NCBI GenBank assembly: GCA_035626515.1
Contig: DASPNM010000017.1
Location: 77,399 to 141,398, forward strand
Length of the DNA stretch: 64,000 bases
Direction of reading: 5' to 3'
Source of the DNA: Chitinophagaceae bacterium
GTDB lineage: Bacteria; Bacteroidota; Bacteroidia; Chitinophagales; Chitinophagaceae
Part shown: positions 36,944-46,729 of the stretch, piece after piece
How positions within the stretch are numbered: the stretch's first letter is position 1
Layout: every line of letters starts with the position of its first letter
Made by a program: the position numbers and the translations under genes
The notes under the pieces: generated by a model
Told to the model about the DNA's origin: nothing
The model's input: only the letters and a program-made list of their open reading frames with translations
Databases searched by the model: none

Positions 36944-38137
36944 CACCAGCTCAAAAACTACCGTAGCTCCCTGCCCCACTCCCACGCACATTGTTGCCAA
37001 CCCATACCTGGTATTCCTTCTTTTCATTTCATGCAGCAGGGTTGTAGTAATGCGCACTCCGCTGCAACCGAGTGGGTGTCCGATGGCGATCGCTCCTCCA
37101 TTTACATTCACGTTATTGATGTCAAGATTAAGGTCCCGGATACAGGCGATCGATTGAGACGCAAAGGCTTCATTCAATTCGATCAAACCAATATCGTCAA
37201 CACTCAGATTCGCGCGCTGCAGGGCTTTTTTTGTCGCAGGCACTGGTCCGATGCCCATGATCGAAGGATCCACGCCCGCCACTGCCATGGATACGATGCG
37301 GGCGAGCGGTTTCAGTCCGTATTTGTTGACGGCCTCTTCGCTCGCAATGAGCATTGCAGCTGCACCGTCATTGATGCCCGAAGAATTTCCCGCGGTGACC
37401 GTACCCTCCTTCGCGAAGGCCGGTTTCAATGAAGCCAGCTTTTCCAGGGTGGTCTGCCGGGGGTGTTCGTCGTTTTCCACGAGTACAGCTTCTCCTTTAG
37501 TGTTTTCGGCGGCCACCGGCACAAGCTCATCCTTCCATTTCCCGGCAGCCAGGGCTTCGAAATATTTTCGCTGTGAAGAAAGCGCGAACACATCCTGTTC
37601 TTCGCGGGTGATTTTCCATTGACGCGCCACGTTCTCACCGGTTTCCCCCATGTTGTAGGGATAATGTAATTCAACCAGGCGGTTATTCCGAAATCGCCAG
37701 CCCAGCGTGGTGTCGAATATTTCAGCTTGCCTCTGGAAGGCCTGCGTCGCTTTGGCCATCACGAACGGGGCTCGCGTCATGCTTTCCACGCCGCAGGCAA
37801 TGATCAGTTCTGCATCTCCGCAAATTACCTGGCGCGCAGCATCCATCACGGCCTGCAGGCCGGACGCGCACAGGCGGTTGACGGTGTTCCCGGCTACGCT
37901 TACAGGCAGTCCGGCGAGCAACGCCGCCATCCTTGCCACATTTCGATTGTCTTCACCTGCCTGGTTTGCAGCTCCTGCGATCACGTCCTCGATCGCTTCC
38001 GGATCCACGGAACCGTTTCTTTTCAGCAATTCGCGGATCACGAGCGCGAGCAGATCATCGGGTCGAACCGTTGCGAGAACGCCGCCATATTTTCCAACCG
38101 GTGTGCGCACCGCGTCCACCACGAATGCACTTTTCAT
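36929..38137 (-). CDS. Acetyl-CoA C-acyltransferase (thiolase)
   Basis: 402 aa. Active-site Cys context [12 protein letters not shown]-terminal [17 protein letters not shown] and [12 protein letters not shown] motifs. Confidence 0.92.
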   Translation of the reverse strand: MKSAFVVDAVRTPVGKYGGVLATVRPDDLLALVIRELLKRNGSVDPEAIEDVIAGAANQAGEDNRNVARMAALLAGLPVSVAGNTVNRLCASGLQAVMDAARQVICGDAELIIACGVESMTRAPFVMAKATQAFQRQAEIFDTTLGWRFRNNRLVELHYPYNMGETGENVARQWKITREEQDVFALSSQRKYFEALAAGKWKDELVPVAAENTKGEAVLVENDEHPRQTTLEKLASLKPAFAKEGTVTAGNSSGINDGAAAMLIASEEAVNKYGLKPLARIVSMAVAGVDPSIMGIGPVPATKKALQRANLSVDDIGLIELNEAFASQSIACIRDLNLDINNVNVNGGAIAIGHPLGCSGVRITTTLLHEMKRRNTRYGLATMCVGVGQGATVVFELVVGSR

Positions 38138-38212
38138 AAACTATGCTTAAAAGCCCGCAAGTTAGTTATTATTATAGCCGCCTTCGGCGGATGAGGTCTA
38201 ACTTTGCCCGTT

Positions 38213-39271
38213 ATGCCGAAAACGGAGAAAAAGAACATACGGCACCTGAGTCTGCAGGACCTGGAGCATTATTTCGAGACACTGGGCGAGAAAAAATTTC
38301 GCGCGAGGCAGGTCTATGAATGGCTTTGGCAAAAACCCGTTCAAAGCTTTGCTGCCATGACCAATCTCTCTCTCGAGCTGCGGCAGAAGCTCACGGAACA
38401 GTTCGCGCTACCGGCACTTTCCATTGATACGGTGCAGCGCTCCTCGGACGGCACCGTAAAGACGCGCTTCCGCACCTGGGACGGCCATCTTGTCGAAGGT
38501 GTGCTGATTCCTACCGAAGCCCGCTACACCGCCTGTGTTTCCTCTCAGGTCGGCTGTTCCCTGAGCTGCAAGTTTTGCGCGACCGGCTATATGGATCGCA
38601 AAAGAAATTTGGAATTCGACGAGATCTATGACCAGGTAGCGATCATCAATAAGCAGTGTGAAGAACAGTATGGACAGCGACTGACCAATATCGTTTTCAT
38701 GGGCATGGGTGAACCCCTGCTCAATTACAAAAACGTTTTGAAAGGGATCGGACGGATAACCGCGCAGGACGGGATGGCCATGAGTCCACGGCGTATCACC
38801 GTCTCAACTGCAGGCGTAGCCAAACAGATCAGGCAGCTGGGCGACGATAAGGTGCGCTTCAAGCTCGCGCTTTCGCTCCATGCAGCGAACGACAAAAAGC
38901 GGCAGGAGATTATGCCGATCAACGATTCGAACAACATCCGCTCGCTCGTCGACGCCCTCAATTACTTCTACCGGCAGACCAAAAACGAGATCACCTTCGA
39001 GTACATCCTGTTCCGCAACTTCAATGATTCGCTTAAGGATGCTGACGAGCTGATCCGGCTCTACCGCCAGGTGCCGGTGGACCTTGTCAATATAATCGAA
39101 TACAACCCGATCGACTTTGCCTCGTTCGAAAAACCTGACGAAGCTGCCACCGAAACATTCATGAAATACCTGGAAAAGAACCGGGTAAATGCTCGCCTTC
39201 GCCGCAGCCGGGGGAAGGACATTGACGCCGCCTGCGGACAGCTTGCCAATAAAGGGGCCGCCGAAAACTAA
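38213..39271 (+). CDS. rlmN: 23S rRNA/tRNA (adenine-C2)-methyltransferase RlmN (radical SAM)
   Basis: Radical SAM CSLSCKFCATG motif. RlmN-like N-terminus (FRARQVYEWLW). ATG at 38213 is preferred over TTG at 38204. Confidence 0.93.
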   Translation: MPKTEKKNIRHLSLQDLEHYFETLGEKKFRARQVYEWLWQKPVQSFAAMTNLSLELRQKLTEQFALPALSIDTVQRSSDGTVKTRFRTWDGHLVEGVLIPTEARYTACVSSQVGCSLSCKFCATGYMDRKRNLEFDEIYDQVAIINKQCEEQYGQRLTNIVFMGMGEPLLNYKNVLKGIGRITAQDGMAMSPRRITVSTAGVAKQIRQLGDDKVRFKLALSLHAANDKKRQEIMPINDSNNIRSLVDALNYFYRQTKNEITFEYILFRNFNDSLKDADELIRLYRQVPVDLVNIIEYNPIDFASFEKPDEAATETFMKYLEKNRVNARLRRSRGKDIDAACGQLANKGAAEN

Positions 39272-39422
39272 AGTGTACCGGCCTGAGCGTCGCCGTACTA
39301 CGAAAATTTTCCTACATCTATTAAACGCTGCTCCCGTTTCCCGGTCTGTATACGGCATTTGTTAACAAGTTATTTCAGCAGGTCGCACGCACCGCCTGCG
39401 TCTAACCTTTAAATAAGCAGTT

Positions 39423-40052
39423 ATGAAAAAAATAGTTTTTTCTCTCTTTTTCCTTTCCCTGTTCGCCGTTGCAGGCGCGCAGGAAGACAGGATGCCGCAG
39501 CATCACAAGAAAATGCGACATCATCGCGGCATCATGATGCAAAAGCTAAACCTCAGCGAAGCTCAAAAGACGCAAATCAAGGCCCTCCACGAAGATTTCA
39601 AAAAACAAATGGATGAACTTCGGAAAAGTGAAAACACCATCACGGTAGCCGAATGGAAAAAGCGTCGCCAGGAGATCGCAGCCCGCCACAAGGCGAAAAT
39701 CCAGGGTCTGCTCACCGCGGAGCAAAAAGCCCAGGTCGAAAAAATCAAGGCCGAGCGCAAAGCGGCCCACGAAAAACACGCCGCTGCGCGTCTTGAGAGG
39801 ATGAAAACGCATCTCGGCCTCACGGAATCGCAGGTAACCCGGATCCGTAAGAACCGCGAAGAGCTGCAGCAAAAGATTAAAACCATCCGTGAAAACAAAT
39901 CGCTGGATGAAGCGGCCGAAAGAGAGCAGATGAAAGAGCTTCTCAAGGCCCATAAGGAAAACATGAAGTCCATCCTCACCGACGAGCAACTGAAGAAAAT
40001 GCAGGAAATGAAGCAGCGGCGCGGCCGCCACGGGAAGCAGAAGTCCGCATAA
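39423..40052 (+). CDS. Periplasmic Spy/CpxP-like (LTXXQ-motif) protein
   Basis: 209 aa. Signal peptide. Four L[ST]xxQ motifs (LSEAQ, LTAEQ, LTESQ, LTDEQ) in a highly charged helical sequence. His-rich N-terminus (QHHKKMRHHRG). Confidence 0.65.
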   Translation: MKKIVFSLFFLSLFAVAGAQEDRMPQHHKKMRHHRGIMMQKLNLSEAQKTQIKALHEDFKKQMDELRKSENTITVAEWKKRRQEIAARHKAKIQGLLTAEQKAQVEKIKAERKAAHEKHAAARLERMKTHLGLTESQVTRIRKNREELQQKIKTIRENKSLDEAAEREQMKELLKAHKENMKSILTDEQLKKMQEMKQRRGRHGKQKSA

Positions 40053-40079
40053 CATATAAAAGAAGAAAACCAGCATTGC

Positions 40080-40107
40080 GCCCCGGTCTGTTGCCGGGGC
40101 TTTTTTT
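40080..40107 (+). terminator. Intrinsic terminator after the Spy-like gene
   Basis: GCCCCGG (40080-40086) pairs with CCGGGGC (40094-40100), with a 7 nt loop, followed by TTTTTTT. Confidence 0.75.
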
Positions 40108-40149
40108 ATCCCCGCCCGGCAGCGCGAAGCATTAACTTTGTTCGCGCAG

Positions 40150-41052
40150 ATGAAAAAAAAACCGAGCGGCTTCGAAAAATTTACCGGGAAATCCAAAAGC
40201 TCAGCGCGGAGGGAAGAGTTCCGCCGTGAAAAAAGGGAGTGGAAAAAAGAGCGGGAGCAGGTTATTAAAAAACGGGATCAACCTCCGTCACCCCGACCCC
40301 AGCCGGGGACGGCAGCCGGCAGCGCTCCGATGCCCCTCAACAAATTCATTGCGCATTCCGGGATTTGTGCCCGGCGGGATGCTGCCGAGCTGGTGAAGCT
40401 GGGAAAGGTGAGCGTAAACGGTGAAATAGTTCGCGAACCCGGGTTCCGCGTTTCCCAGAGAGACGAAGTGCGGGTGAACGGCAAGCCCGTTCGGCCGATA
40501 GGTCGCCAGGTTTACATTCTGCTGAACAAGCCGAAAGATTACATCACCACCACCGACGATCCGCAGAAACGAAAGACGGTGTTGGATCTTGTTCGCAGCG
40601 CCATTGGCGAACGGGTATTTCCTGTCGGCCGCCTCGACCGGAACACTTCGGGCGTGCTGCTGCTGACAAACGACGGCGAGCTTGCGCAGCAGCTGACTCA
40701 TCCGCGCAACGAGGTAAAAAAAATATATGCGGTCACGCTCGACAAACCTCTCCTAAAACAAGATTTCGACCAGATCCTGAAAGGCGTGCCACTTTCCGAC
40801 GGCGTTGCCACGGTGGATGCGCTGGCATACGCGGACACGCGCGACAAAAAGCAGTTAGGACTTGAACTGCACAGCGGGCGCAACCGGATCGTACGCCGCA
40901 TCTTCGAACACTTCGGCTATGATGTGAAACAGCTCGACCGGGTCATGTTCGCCGGGCTGACGAAAAAAAACCTCAACCGTGGAAAATGGCGTTTTCTTAC
41001 GGAAAAGGAAGTCCGCGACCTGAAATATTTTGGCAAAGGCAGGTCTTCATGA
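40150..41052 (+). CDS. rluB: Pseudouridine synthase, RsuA/RluB family, with S4 domain and basic N-terminal extension
   Basis: S4-like region (LNKFIAHSGICARRDAAELVKLGKVSVNG). Catalytic motif PVGRLDRNTSGVLLLTNDG. ATG at 40150. Confidence 0.85.
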   Translation: MKKKPSGFEKFTGKSKSSARREEFRREKREWKKEREQVIKKRDQPPSPRPQPGTAAGSAPMPLNKFIAHSGICARRDAAELVKLGKVSVNGEIVREPGFRVSQRDEVRVNGKPVRPIGRQVYILLNKPKDYITTTDDPQKRKTVLDLVRSAIGERVFPVGRLDRNTSGVLLLTNDGELAQQLTHPRNEVKKIYAVTLDKPLLKQDFDQILKGVPLSDGVATVDALAYADTRDKKQLGLELHSGRNRIVRRIFEHFGYDVKQLDRVMFAGLTKKNLNRGKWRFLTEKEVRDLKYFGKGRSS

Positions 41053-41783
41053 AACGTTACTATGCGCTGGTGTACGAAGATGACGAGCTCGTGGCGGTGA
41101 ACAAAGCGCCCGGCCTGCTTTCCATTCCCGACCGTGAAGGCAAGGAGATCTCGCTAAAAAAGCTGCTTGAAGACCGGTTTGGAACTATTTTCACCGTCCA
41201 CCGCCTCGACAAAGAAACGAGCGGGCTGATCGTTTTCGCCCGCAGCGAGGCCAGCCACCGCCGTCTTTCGCTGCAATTCGAACACCGCGAGGCCGAAAAA
41301 ATCTACCAGGGTCTGGTGCTCGGCTCCCTGGCCGAACCGGCAGGAACGGTTGACGCGCCCATTGCAGAACACCCGGCACAGAAAGGAATGATGATCGTCA
41401 AGCCGGGGGGAAAACCTTCGCGCACCGATTACCGGGTGCTGGAGGATTTTGGGAAATATTCCTGGATGCAGTTCCGGCTTCACACGGGCAGAACGCACCA
41501 GATCCGCGTGCACATGAAACACCTCGGGCACCCCGTGGCCTGCGACCATCTTTATGGCGATGGTCGGGGAATCTTCCTTTCCGGGATCAAACATTCCTAC
41601 CGGCTTTCGAAGCTGGAGCTCGAAGAGCGACCCTTGCTCGACCGCCTCGGCCTGCACGCGGCCTCCCTCCGCCTCGGTTCCCCGGATGGAAAGCAACTGT
41701 TGCTGGAAGCGGAGTTGCCAAAAGACCTGCGCGCTGTATTGCGACAGCTGGCGATAAATAAAAAAGGCAGTCGCCGGAGCTGA
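41049..41783 (+). CDS. Pseudouridine synthase, RluA family
   Basis: Catalytic motif HRLDKETSGLIVFA and HQIRVH. ATG at 41049 overlaps the preceding stop (ATGA). The track ORF start at 40986 is upstream and in a different frame from rluB. Confidence 0.85.
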   Translation: MKRYYALVYEDDELVAVNKAPGLLSIPDREGKEISLKKLLEDRFGTIFTVHRLDKETSGLIVFARSEASHRRLSLQFEHREAEKIYQGLVLGSLAEPAGTVDAPIAEHPAQKGMMIVKPGGKPSRTDYRVLEDFGKYSWMQFRLHTGRTHQIRVHMKHLGHPVACDHLYGDGRGIFLSGIKHSYRLSKLELEERPLLDRLGLHAASLRLGSPDGKQLLLEAELPKDLRAVLRQLAINKKGSRRS

Positions 41784-41900
41784 CTGCCTTCGTCAGGGAA
41801 GTTTTCAATAACATCGAATCAGGACCTCGGGTTATATGCAATACAATAATGCCTGTTGGATGTTCCATGACCTTCGCTTCCCTAACTTTGATTCAGCACT

Positions 41901-42536
41901 TCAAAGATTCGGCTGTGGGGTGTAGCGCAGGTAAGGCTTAACGATCTTGACCCCCTTTTGAAATCTTTTCTGCGCGTCTTCGGTTGACACCGACAGCGCC
42001 ACAATCACATCTTCTCCATGTTTCCAGTCGGCGGGCGTGGCCACGCTGTATCCGGCGGTAAGCTGAAGCGAATCGATCACGCGCAGCACTTCGGTAAAAT
42101 TGCGTCCCGTCGTCTGCGGATAAGTAATTGTAAGCTTGATCTTCTTATCCGGTCCCACGACGAAAAGCGATCGAACCGTCACCGTTTCGGAAACGTTCGG
42201 GTGGATCATGTCGTAGAGCGTGGAAACCTGACGGTCCTCGTCGGCGATGATGGGAAAATCCACCGTACAGTCCTGAGTCTCGTTGATGTCGTTGCGCCAG
42301 CCCAGGTGCTTTTCCAGAGGGTCAACACTTACGGCAAGAACTTTGGTGTTTCGTTTGGCAAACTCGTCCTTCAGCAACGCAGTTTTGCCCAGTTCGGTGG
42401 TGCACACAGGTGTGTAATCCGCGGGGTGAGAAAAAAGAATACCCCAGCCGTTGCCCAGGTATTCGTGGAAATCGATCTCACCTTCCGTCGTCTTAGCTTT
42501 AAAGTTGGGAGCCATGTCCCCTAATCGCAGTGACAT
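41901..42536 (-). CDS. Peroxiredoxin (1-Cys Prx6-type)
   Basis: From ATG 42536: MSLRLGDMAPNFKAKTTEGEIDFHEYLGNGWGILFSHPADYTPVCTTELG, with the PVCTTE peroxidatic Cys motif. The 63-codon upstream extension in the track ORF looks non-coding. Confidence 0.9.
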   Translation of the reverse strand: MSLRLGDMAPNFKAKTTEGEIDFHEYLGNGWGILFSHPADYTPVCTTELGKTALLKDEFAKRNTKVLAVSVDPLEKHLGWRNDINETQDCTVDFPIIADEDRQVSTLYDMIHPNVSETVTVRSLFVVGPDKKIKLTITYPQTTGRNFTEVLRVIDSLQLTAGYSVATPADWKHGEDVIVALSVSTEDAQKRFQKGVKIVKPYLRYTPQPNL

Positions 42537-42546
42537 AAACGTGGTT

Positions 42547-42963
42547 TTAGGACGACGAAAGTAACGATTTTCCGCCGACCATGAGGCGGTAGCTGATCGC
42601 GCAATTTTTCCGCAGCATGGTGGCCACTCCGCAGTATTTGTCGAGCGAAAGTCGGATTGCTTTGTGAATGCGCTCTTCACTTTTGGGATCAGCGTCGATG
42701 CGAAAAACCAGCTCGATGTGCTCAAAGATTTTTGGAATGGTCGTAGTCATCCGCGCCTGGGCGTCGATCTCCAGGCTTTCGAAAGGCACCCGCATTTTCC
42801 GCAGGATCTCGACCACATCAATGCCGGAGCAGGCCGCGAGAGCGGATAAAAGAACGGCCTTGGGACTGACACCGTGCTTTCCGCTTCCGTCCAGTCGGAC
42901 AGGGTGATGATCCTGCCGGCTTTCGAACTCCTCGCCGTGGATCCATTTCGTCGTGGTGCGCAT
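42547..42963 (-). CDS. OsmC/Ohr family peroxiredoxin-like protein
   Basis: 138 aa. Two conserved Cys contexts (LAACSGIDV, DKYCGV) typical of the OsmC family. Confidence 0.85.
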   Translation of the reverse strand: MRTTTKWIHGEEFESRQDHHPVRLDGSGKHGVSPKAVLLSALAACSGIDVVEILRKMRVPFESLEIDAQARMTTTIPKIFEHIELVFRIDADPKSEERIHKAIRLSLDKYCGVATMLRKNCAISYRLMVGGKSLLSSS

Positions 42964-42974
42964 AGCTGATAAAA

Positions 42975-43997
42975 TTAAGTTCCGTGCTTTTTATTGGTCG
43001 AAGCATTCTCCAGCGTCCATTGGATTCGCTCCCGGAATGGATGTTGCCTCACTGGGCAATCATCCTTGAAGCAAATGGGGCACTGGCTGTAGAGACAACC
43101 ATCGGTATGTACAAAAAGTTCGAGCGATTCTCCAAAATCGCGGCGAATGATCCCCGCAAGCGCATCAATTTCGGCGTGCGCTTCATTCACATTGAAGTAC
43201 CAGGGCACGGTGAGGTGGCAGTCTACATGGAGCACCGATCCATATTTGATCACACGAAGATTGTGAAGGTCTACCCAGTTGCGCACCCGGGTTGAGTTGA
43301 GTACTGCTACCATGCGCGCCAGGAGTTTGAGGTCTGCTTCATCCATGATTCCCGCCACCGAGCGCCGGAAAATGCGGTAGCCGGTTACCATGATAAACAC
43401 TGCAAACAACAGCGCCACGACGCTGTCAATCCAGTTACGCCCCGTCAAAAGTATGAGCAGAACACCGATCAGGATCGCCAGCGTGGAATAAGTGTCGCTC
43501 TGCAAGTGCCGGCCGCTTGCCACCAGGGCAGGCGAGCCGCTTCGGTGTCCGGCGCGAATGCAAAGAAGCCCGAGCGTGAAATTCACAACAGCCGTGCCGC
43601 CGATCAGCCACATCCCGAGGTCGAGGCTTCGGAGCGCTACCGGGGAAACGAGGTTCATGACCGCTTTGTATAGAATCACGGCTCCCGCGAAGACGATCAT
43701 GCCACCTTCTACCGCGGCCGAGAGGAATTCGATCTTCCCATGCCCGTACGGATGATCTGTGTCGCGTGGCTTGGCGGCAACATAAAGACTGTAAAGTCCG
43801 ATAAAACCGGCGGCAACGTTGACAATACTTTCCAGTGCATCGGTGAGAATGGCCACAGAACCCGTATACCAATACGCCAGAAATTTGGCTGCAAGCAGCA
43901 ATACGGATACCAGGGCGACCCATTTCTGCAGTTTGAGGTTCTTTCTTGCGGAGGAAGTAATTATCATTTCAATGCACCGGCGACAAATTTCAACCAT
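42975..43997 (-). CDS. Cation diffusion facilitator (CDF) family metal efflux transporter with Cys-rich C-terminal tail
   Basis: CDF signatures (SVAILTDALESIVNV, DHPYGHGKIE). The alternative ATG at 43967 would avoid the 8 nt overlap with the upstream gene. The tail contains C-x4-C-x2-C-x4-C. Confidence 0.88.
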   Translation of the reverse strand: MVEICRRCIEMIITSSARKNLKLQKWVALVSVLLLAAKFLAYWYTGSVAILTDALESIVNVAAGFIGLYSLYVAAKPRDTDHPYGHGKIEFLSAAVEGGMIVFAGAVILYKAVMNLVSPVALRSLDLGMWLIGGTAVVNFTLGLLCIRAGHRSGSPALVASGRHLQSDTYSTLAILIGVLLILLTGRNWIDSVVALLFAVFIMVTGYRIFRRSVAGIMDEADLKLLARMVAVLNSTRVRNWVDLHNLRVIKYGSVLHVDCHLTVPWYFNVNEAHAEIDALAGIIRRDFGESLELFVHTDGCLYSQCPICFKDDCPVRQHPFRERIQWTLENASTNKKHGT

Positions 43998-45438
43998 TGC
44001 GGGCTGAAAGCGGCGAATCAGGCGGATTCTTTCCGGTACGAATGCGCCGCACGCGCCTCATCAGGCGGTAATAGAATTCTCGGCTGAGCAGCTGAGAGTC
44101 ATTCATCGCCTTGATGGTGAGAAAAATGCCGACAGGCAGCAAAATGAAAGTGGAGAGGAACATGCCTTCGAAGGGAGTCAGCGTGCGCGCCTTTGCAAGC
44201 TTCTCCCCCGCGGTGGTGGAAAAGTAAAATACCATGAAAAACACGATCGCAAGAATCAGCGGCGTTCCGATCCCGCCTTTTCGAATGATTGACCCAAGCG
44301 GCGCACCAATAAGAAAAAGCACCAGGCAGGCGAGCGAAAGGGCGATTTTCCGGTTCCACTCGATCTGGAACCGGCCGAGATTGCGAAGCTTTTCTTTTTT
44401 GTTCATCTCGAACGACTCGAGACCTACCCGCAGGGTTGCCACCACCCCCCGGGCTTTCACATCGATATCGCTCCGCAGCGAATCCATTAATAGCCGCTCC
44501 TTTTCAGAAAGTGGGAACGCGTTCGCGCTCGCGGCGGCCGTAGTGTCGAGATAGTTCAAAAATCCCAGCGTCCGGTAAATTTCCTGCTCCATTTGCGGAA
44601 TGCTGCGGCGGTTCTCAATTTTCAGCGAATCAATGATCGTTTCAAGCTGTCGCATGCTGAGCATCTTATCATTGTTCCGGTTTACGCTGTCCGCAGTACG
44701 GTTGAATTGAAAAGAGCTCAGGTCAAACTGTTTCCGGTATTCGCGAAACCCGATCCGGATGAACTCGCTGTTTCCCTCATTGTTGCCCCGCTCCTGGTAG
44801 CGCCATCCATCCCGGAGGTTGAATTCGAGAAAGCGCTTGTCCGGGGTTACCGTCATTGTGCCGCTGCGCGCGATCAGGAAATTGTCCTGCAGCGGATTGT
44901 TCTGTTCGAAGATGATGACGTCGCGGATAATGCTGTCGCTTTCTTTCTTCCCAATCTTGATCGCGAAGCCGTTGATCTTGTCATAAAAAACGCCTTCCTT
45001 CAGATCGAAAGCAGGCTTGGCATAAACGATATCGGCCAGCAGGGTGCGCGATTTGAGATTTGCTACGGGAATGATGTAGTTGGAAAAAAGGAAGGCAACG
45101 CCGCAGATCAGCAGCGTAAAAAGGAAAAGAGGCCTCATGAACCGCAGTAGTGAAATTCCTGCGGAGCGGATGGCCACCAGCTCGAAGCTTTCGCCCAGCT
45201 TGCCAAAAGTCATGATCGAGGACAGCAGGATCGAAAGCGGAAGCGCCAGCGGTACCAGGACGGCGCTCTGGTACCAGATGAATTCCAGGATAAGCTGCGT
45301 GTCGAGTCCCTTGCCCACAAACTCGTCGATATACAACCAGAAGAATTGCATCACCAGCACCAGCAGGGTGATGAAAAAGGTGGCGACAAAAGGACCGATA
45401 AATGAGCGAAAGACGAGCCGGTCGAGTTTCCTGAACAC
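43990..45438 (-). CDS. LptF/LptG family LPS export permease (YjgP/YjgQ)
   Basis: 482 aa. N-terminal LDRLVFRSFIGPFVATFFITLLVL pattern. 6 TM helices with a central periplasmic domain. The start codon at 45438 is GTG. Confidence 0.85.
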   Translation of the reverse strand: MFRKLDRLVFRSFIGPFVATFFITLLVLVMQFFWLYIDEFVGKGLDTQLILEFIWYQSAVLVPLALPLSILLSSIMTFGKLGESFELVAIRSAGISLLRFMRPLFLFTLLICGVAFLFSNYIIPVANLKSRTLLADIVYAKPAFDLKEGVFYDKINGFAIKIGKKESDSIIRDVIIFEQNNPLQDNFLIARSGTMTVTPDKRFLEFNLRDGWRYQERGNNEGNSEFIRIGFREYRKQFDLSSFQFNRTADSVNRNNDKMLSMRQLETIIDSLKIENRRSIPQMEQEIYRTLGFLNYLDTTAAASANAFPLSEKERLLMDSLRSDIDVKARGVVATLRVGLESFEMNKKEKLRNLGRFQIEWNRKIALSLACLVLFLIGAPLGSIIRKGGIGTPLILAIVFFMVFYFSTTAGEKLAKARTLTPFEGMFLSTFILLPVGIFLTIKAMNDSQLLSREFYYRLMRRVRRIRTGKNPPDSPLSARNG

Positions 45439-45452
45439 TTAGCTTTACGGTT

Positions 45453-46070
45453 ATGGAGGAAACAAAAATACGCCTTTCGCCACAGGAGCTCCGGCTGGTG
45501 ACCGACGCAGATTGGATTTTAACAAAGAACGAGATCATGCGGAAAGTAAAGCGTCTTTTCGAAACGCTGCAAAACCGGCAGCGTGAGTGGATCATGCACC
45601 ATTCGAATCAACTTCCCGGGCCAGCGATATCCATCCCACCCAAGATTTCGAGAGGAGAAAATTATCGGGGGCTTCCCTACATGATGCTCGACCATCCGCG
45701 CGTGTTTGAAAAAGAACACATCCTGGCGCTGCGGACCTTGTTCTGGTGGGGGAATTTCTTCAGCATTACGCTGCATCTTTCGGGGCGTTACAAAAAAGAT
45801 TTCGGGGAGCAGGTTTTGCAAAATGCGCGGGACCGTGATAACGACCCGCTCTTTGCCTGCATCCACGATGAGCAATGGGAGCATCATTTTGAGCCGGGCA
45901 ATTACAGGCGCTGCCGCGATCTCGATTCCGGCGACGTAGAGCATATTCGTTCCCGCCACTTCATGAAGCTCGCGCGCAAAATGCCTCTTACAGACTGGGA
46001 CCGTGCTTCGGAAAAGTTATTTGGTGACTTTGTAGAGCTGCTCGGCTTAATTCAGTTGCCGAGCCGGTGA
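45453..46070 (+). CDS. Hypothetical protein (no domain recognised)
   Basis: 205 aa ORF with ordinary, non-repetitive composition. ATG confirmed at 45453. Its 3' end overlaps the convergent SRPBCC gene by 19 nt. Confidence 0.5.
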   Translation: MEETKIRLSPQELRLVTDADWILTKNEIMRKVKRLFETLQNRQREWIMHHSNQLPGPAISIPPKISRGENYRGLPYMMLDHPRVFEKEHILALRTLFWWGNFFSITLHLSGRYKKDFGEQVLQNARDRDNDPLFACIHDEQWEHHFEPGNYRRCRDLDSGDVEHIRSRHFMKLARKMPLTDWDRASEKLFGDFVELLGLIQLPSR

Positions 46071-46429
46071 AAGAGTTCCTTTACCTGGTAATCCCAGAGC
46101 ATGCTCTGGTCCTTGATGTCCTTTTTCTCAGCGAAATCCTTTATCACAAGAATGGTCTGGTTCGTGATCTCCGACTTTTCGATCCGGAACTCAAAATATT
46201 CATCTTTGGGCGCCGAAAGCCAGTGGAAGCGAATGTACTTCTCGGGCTCGCTTTCCACTACCTCCGCCTTGTCGAAAGAGCCGTTCCAGCCAAAATAAAA
46301 TATGTTGTCCCGCTCATCAACCTTGTCGGCAAACCATTCTCCCAGTCCCGCAGGCGTGGATAAGAATTCATAGAGAATTGAGGGCGAACAACGAACCGGA
46401 TATTCAAGTGTATATAACTGCTTAGCCAT
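46052..46429 (-). CDS. SRPBCC/START-like (AHSA1-type) small protein
   Basis: From ATG 46429: MAKQLYTLEYPVRCSPSILYEFLSTPAGLGEWFADKV..., 125 aa, resembling Aha1/START-fold proteins. The 90-codon upstream extension in the track is rejected. Confidence 0.6.
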   Translation of the reverse strand: MAKQLYTLEYPVRCSPSILYEFLSTPAGLGEWFADKVDERDNIFYFGWNGSFDKAEVVESEPEKYIRFHWLSAPKDEYFEFRIEKSEITNQTILVIKDFAEKKDIKDQSMLWDYQVKELFHRLGN

Positions 46430-46729
46430 CAAAAATCCCCCACTGTGTGAACGCTGCAATAATAGAAAAATAATGAGTGCCGCGATATTTTTTCTTGGTT
46501 TTTTAAACCCCTCGTTCCGGCGGTGTTTTCGGAGGGAAAAATAAAAGACAGGGGGCCGCGTTAAATAATGATAGATTTTTTTGGCATATATCGGGTATTT
46601 AGGTAAATTGCTTTGAAGTTCAATACTTTCTGTGCGAAACCAGACATTGCGGTGAGTATTTAGAGAGGATTCGGAGCCAAAACCTGAAATTCTCAACACC
46701 CTTTAAATACACCCGTCAAAACCATACCT

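Noticed and set aside
41901-42725. Long upstream extensions of track ORFs: peroxiredoxin (63 extra codons), SRPBCC gene 46052-46699 (90 extra), tonB2 33963-34937 (59 extra), OM barrel 7640-8209, and adenine deaminase 56057.
   Set aside because: In each case family homology or a signal peptide begins at an internal ATG that I verified in the sequence. The upstream parts are compositionally non-coding or start at TTG/GTG codons.
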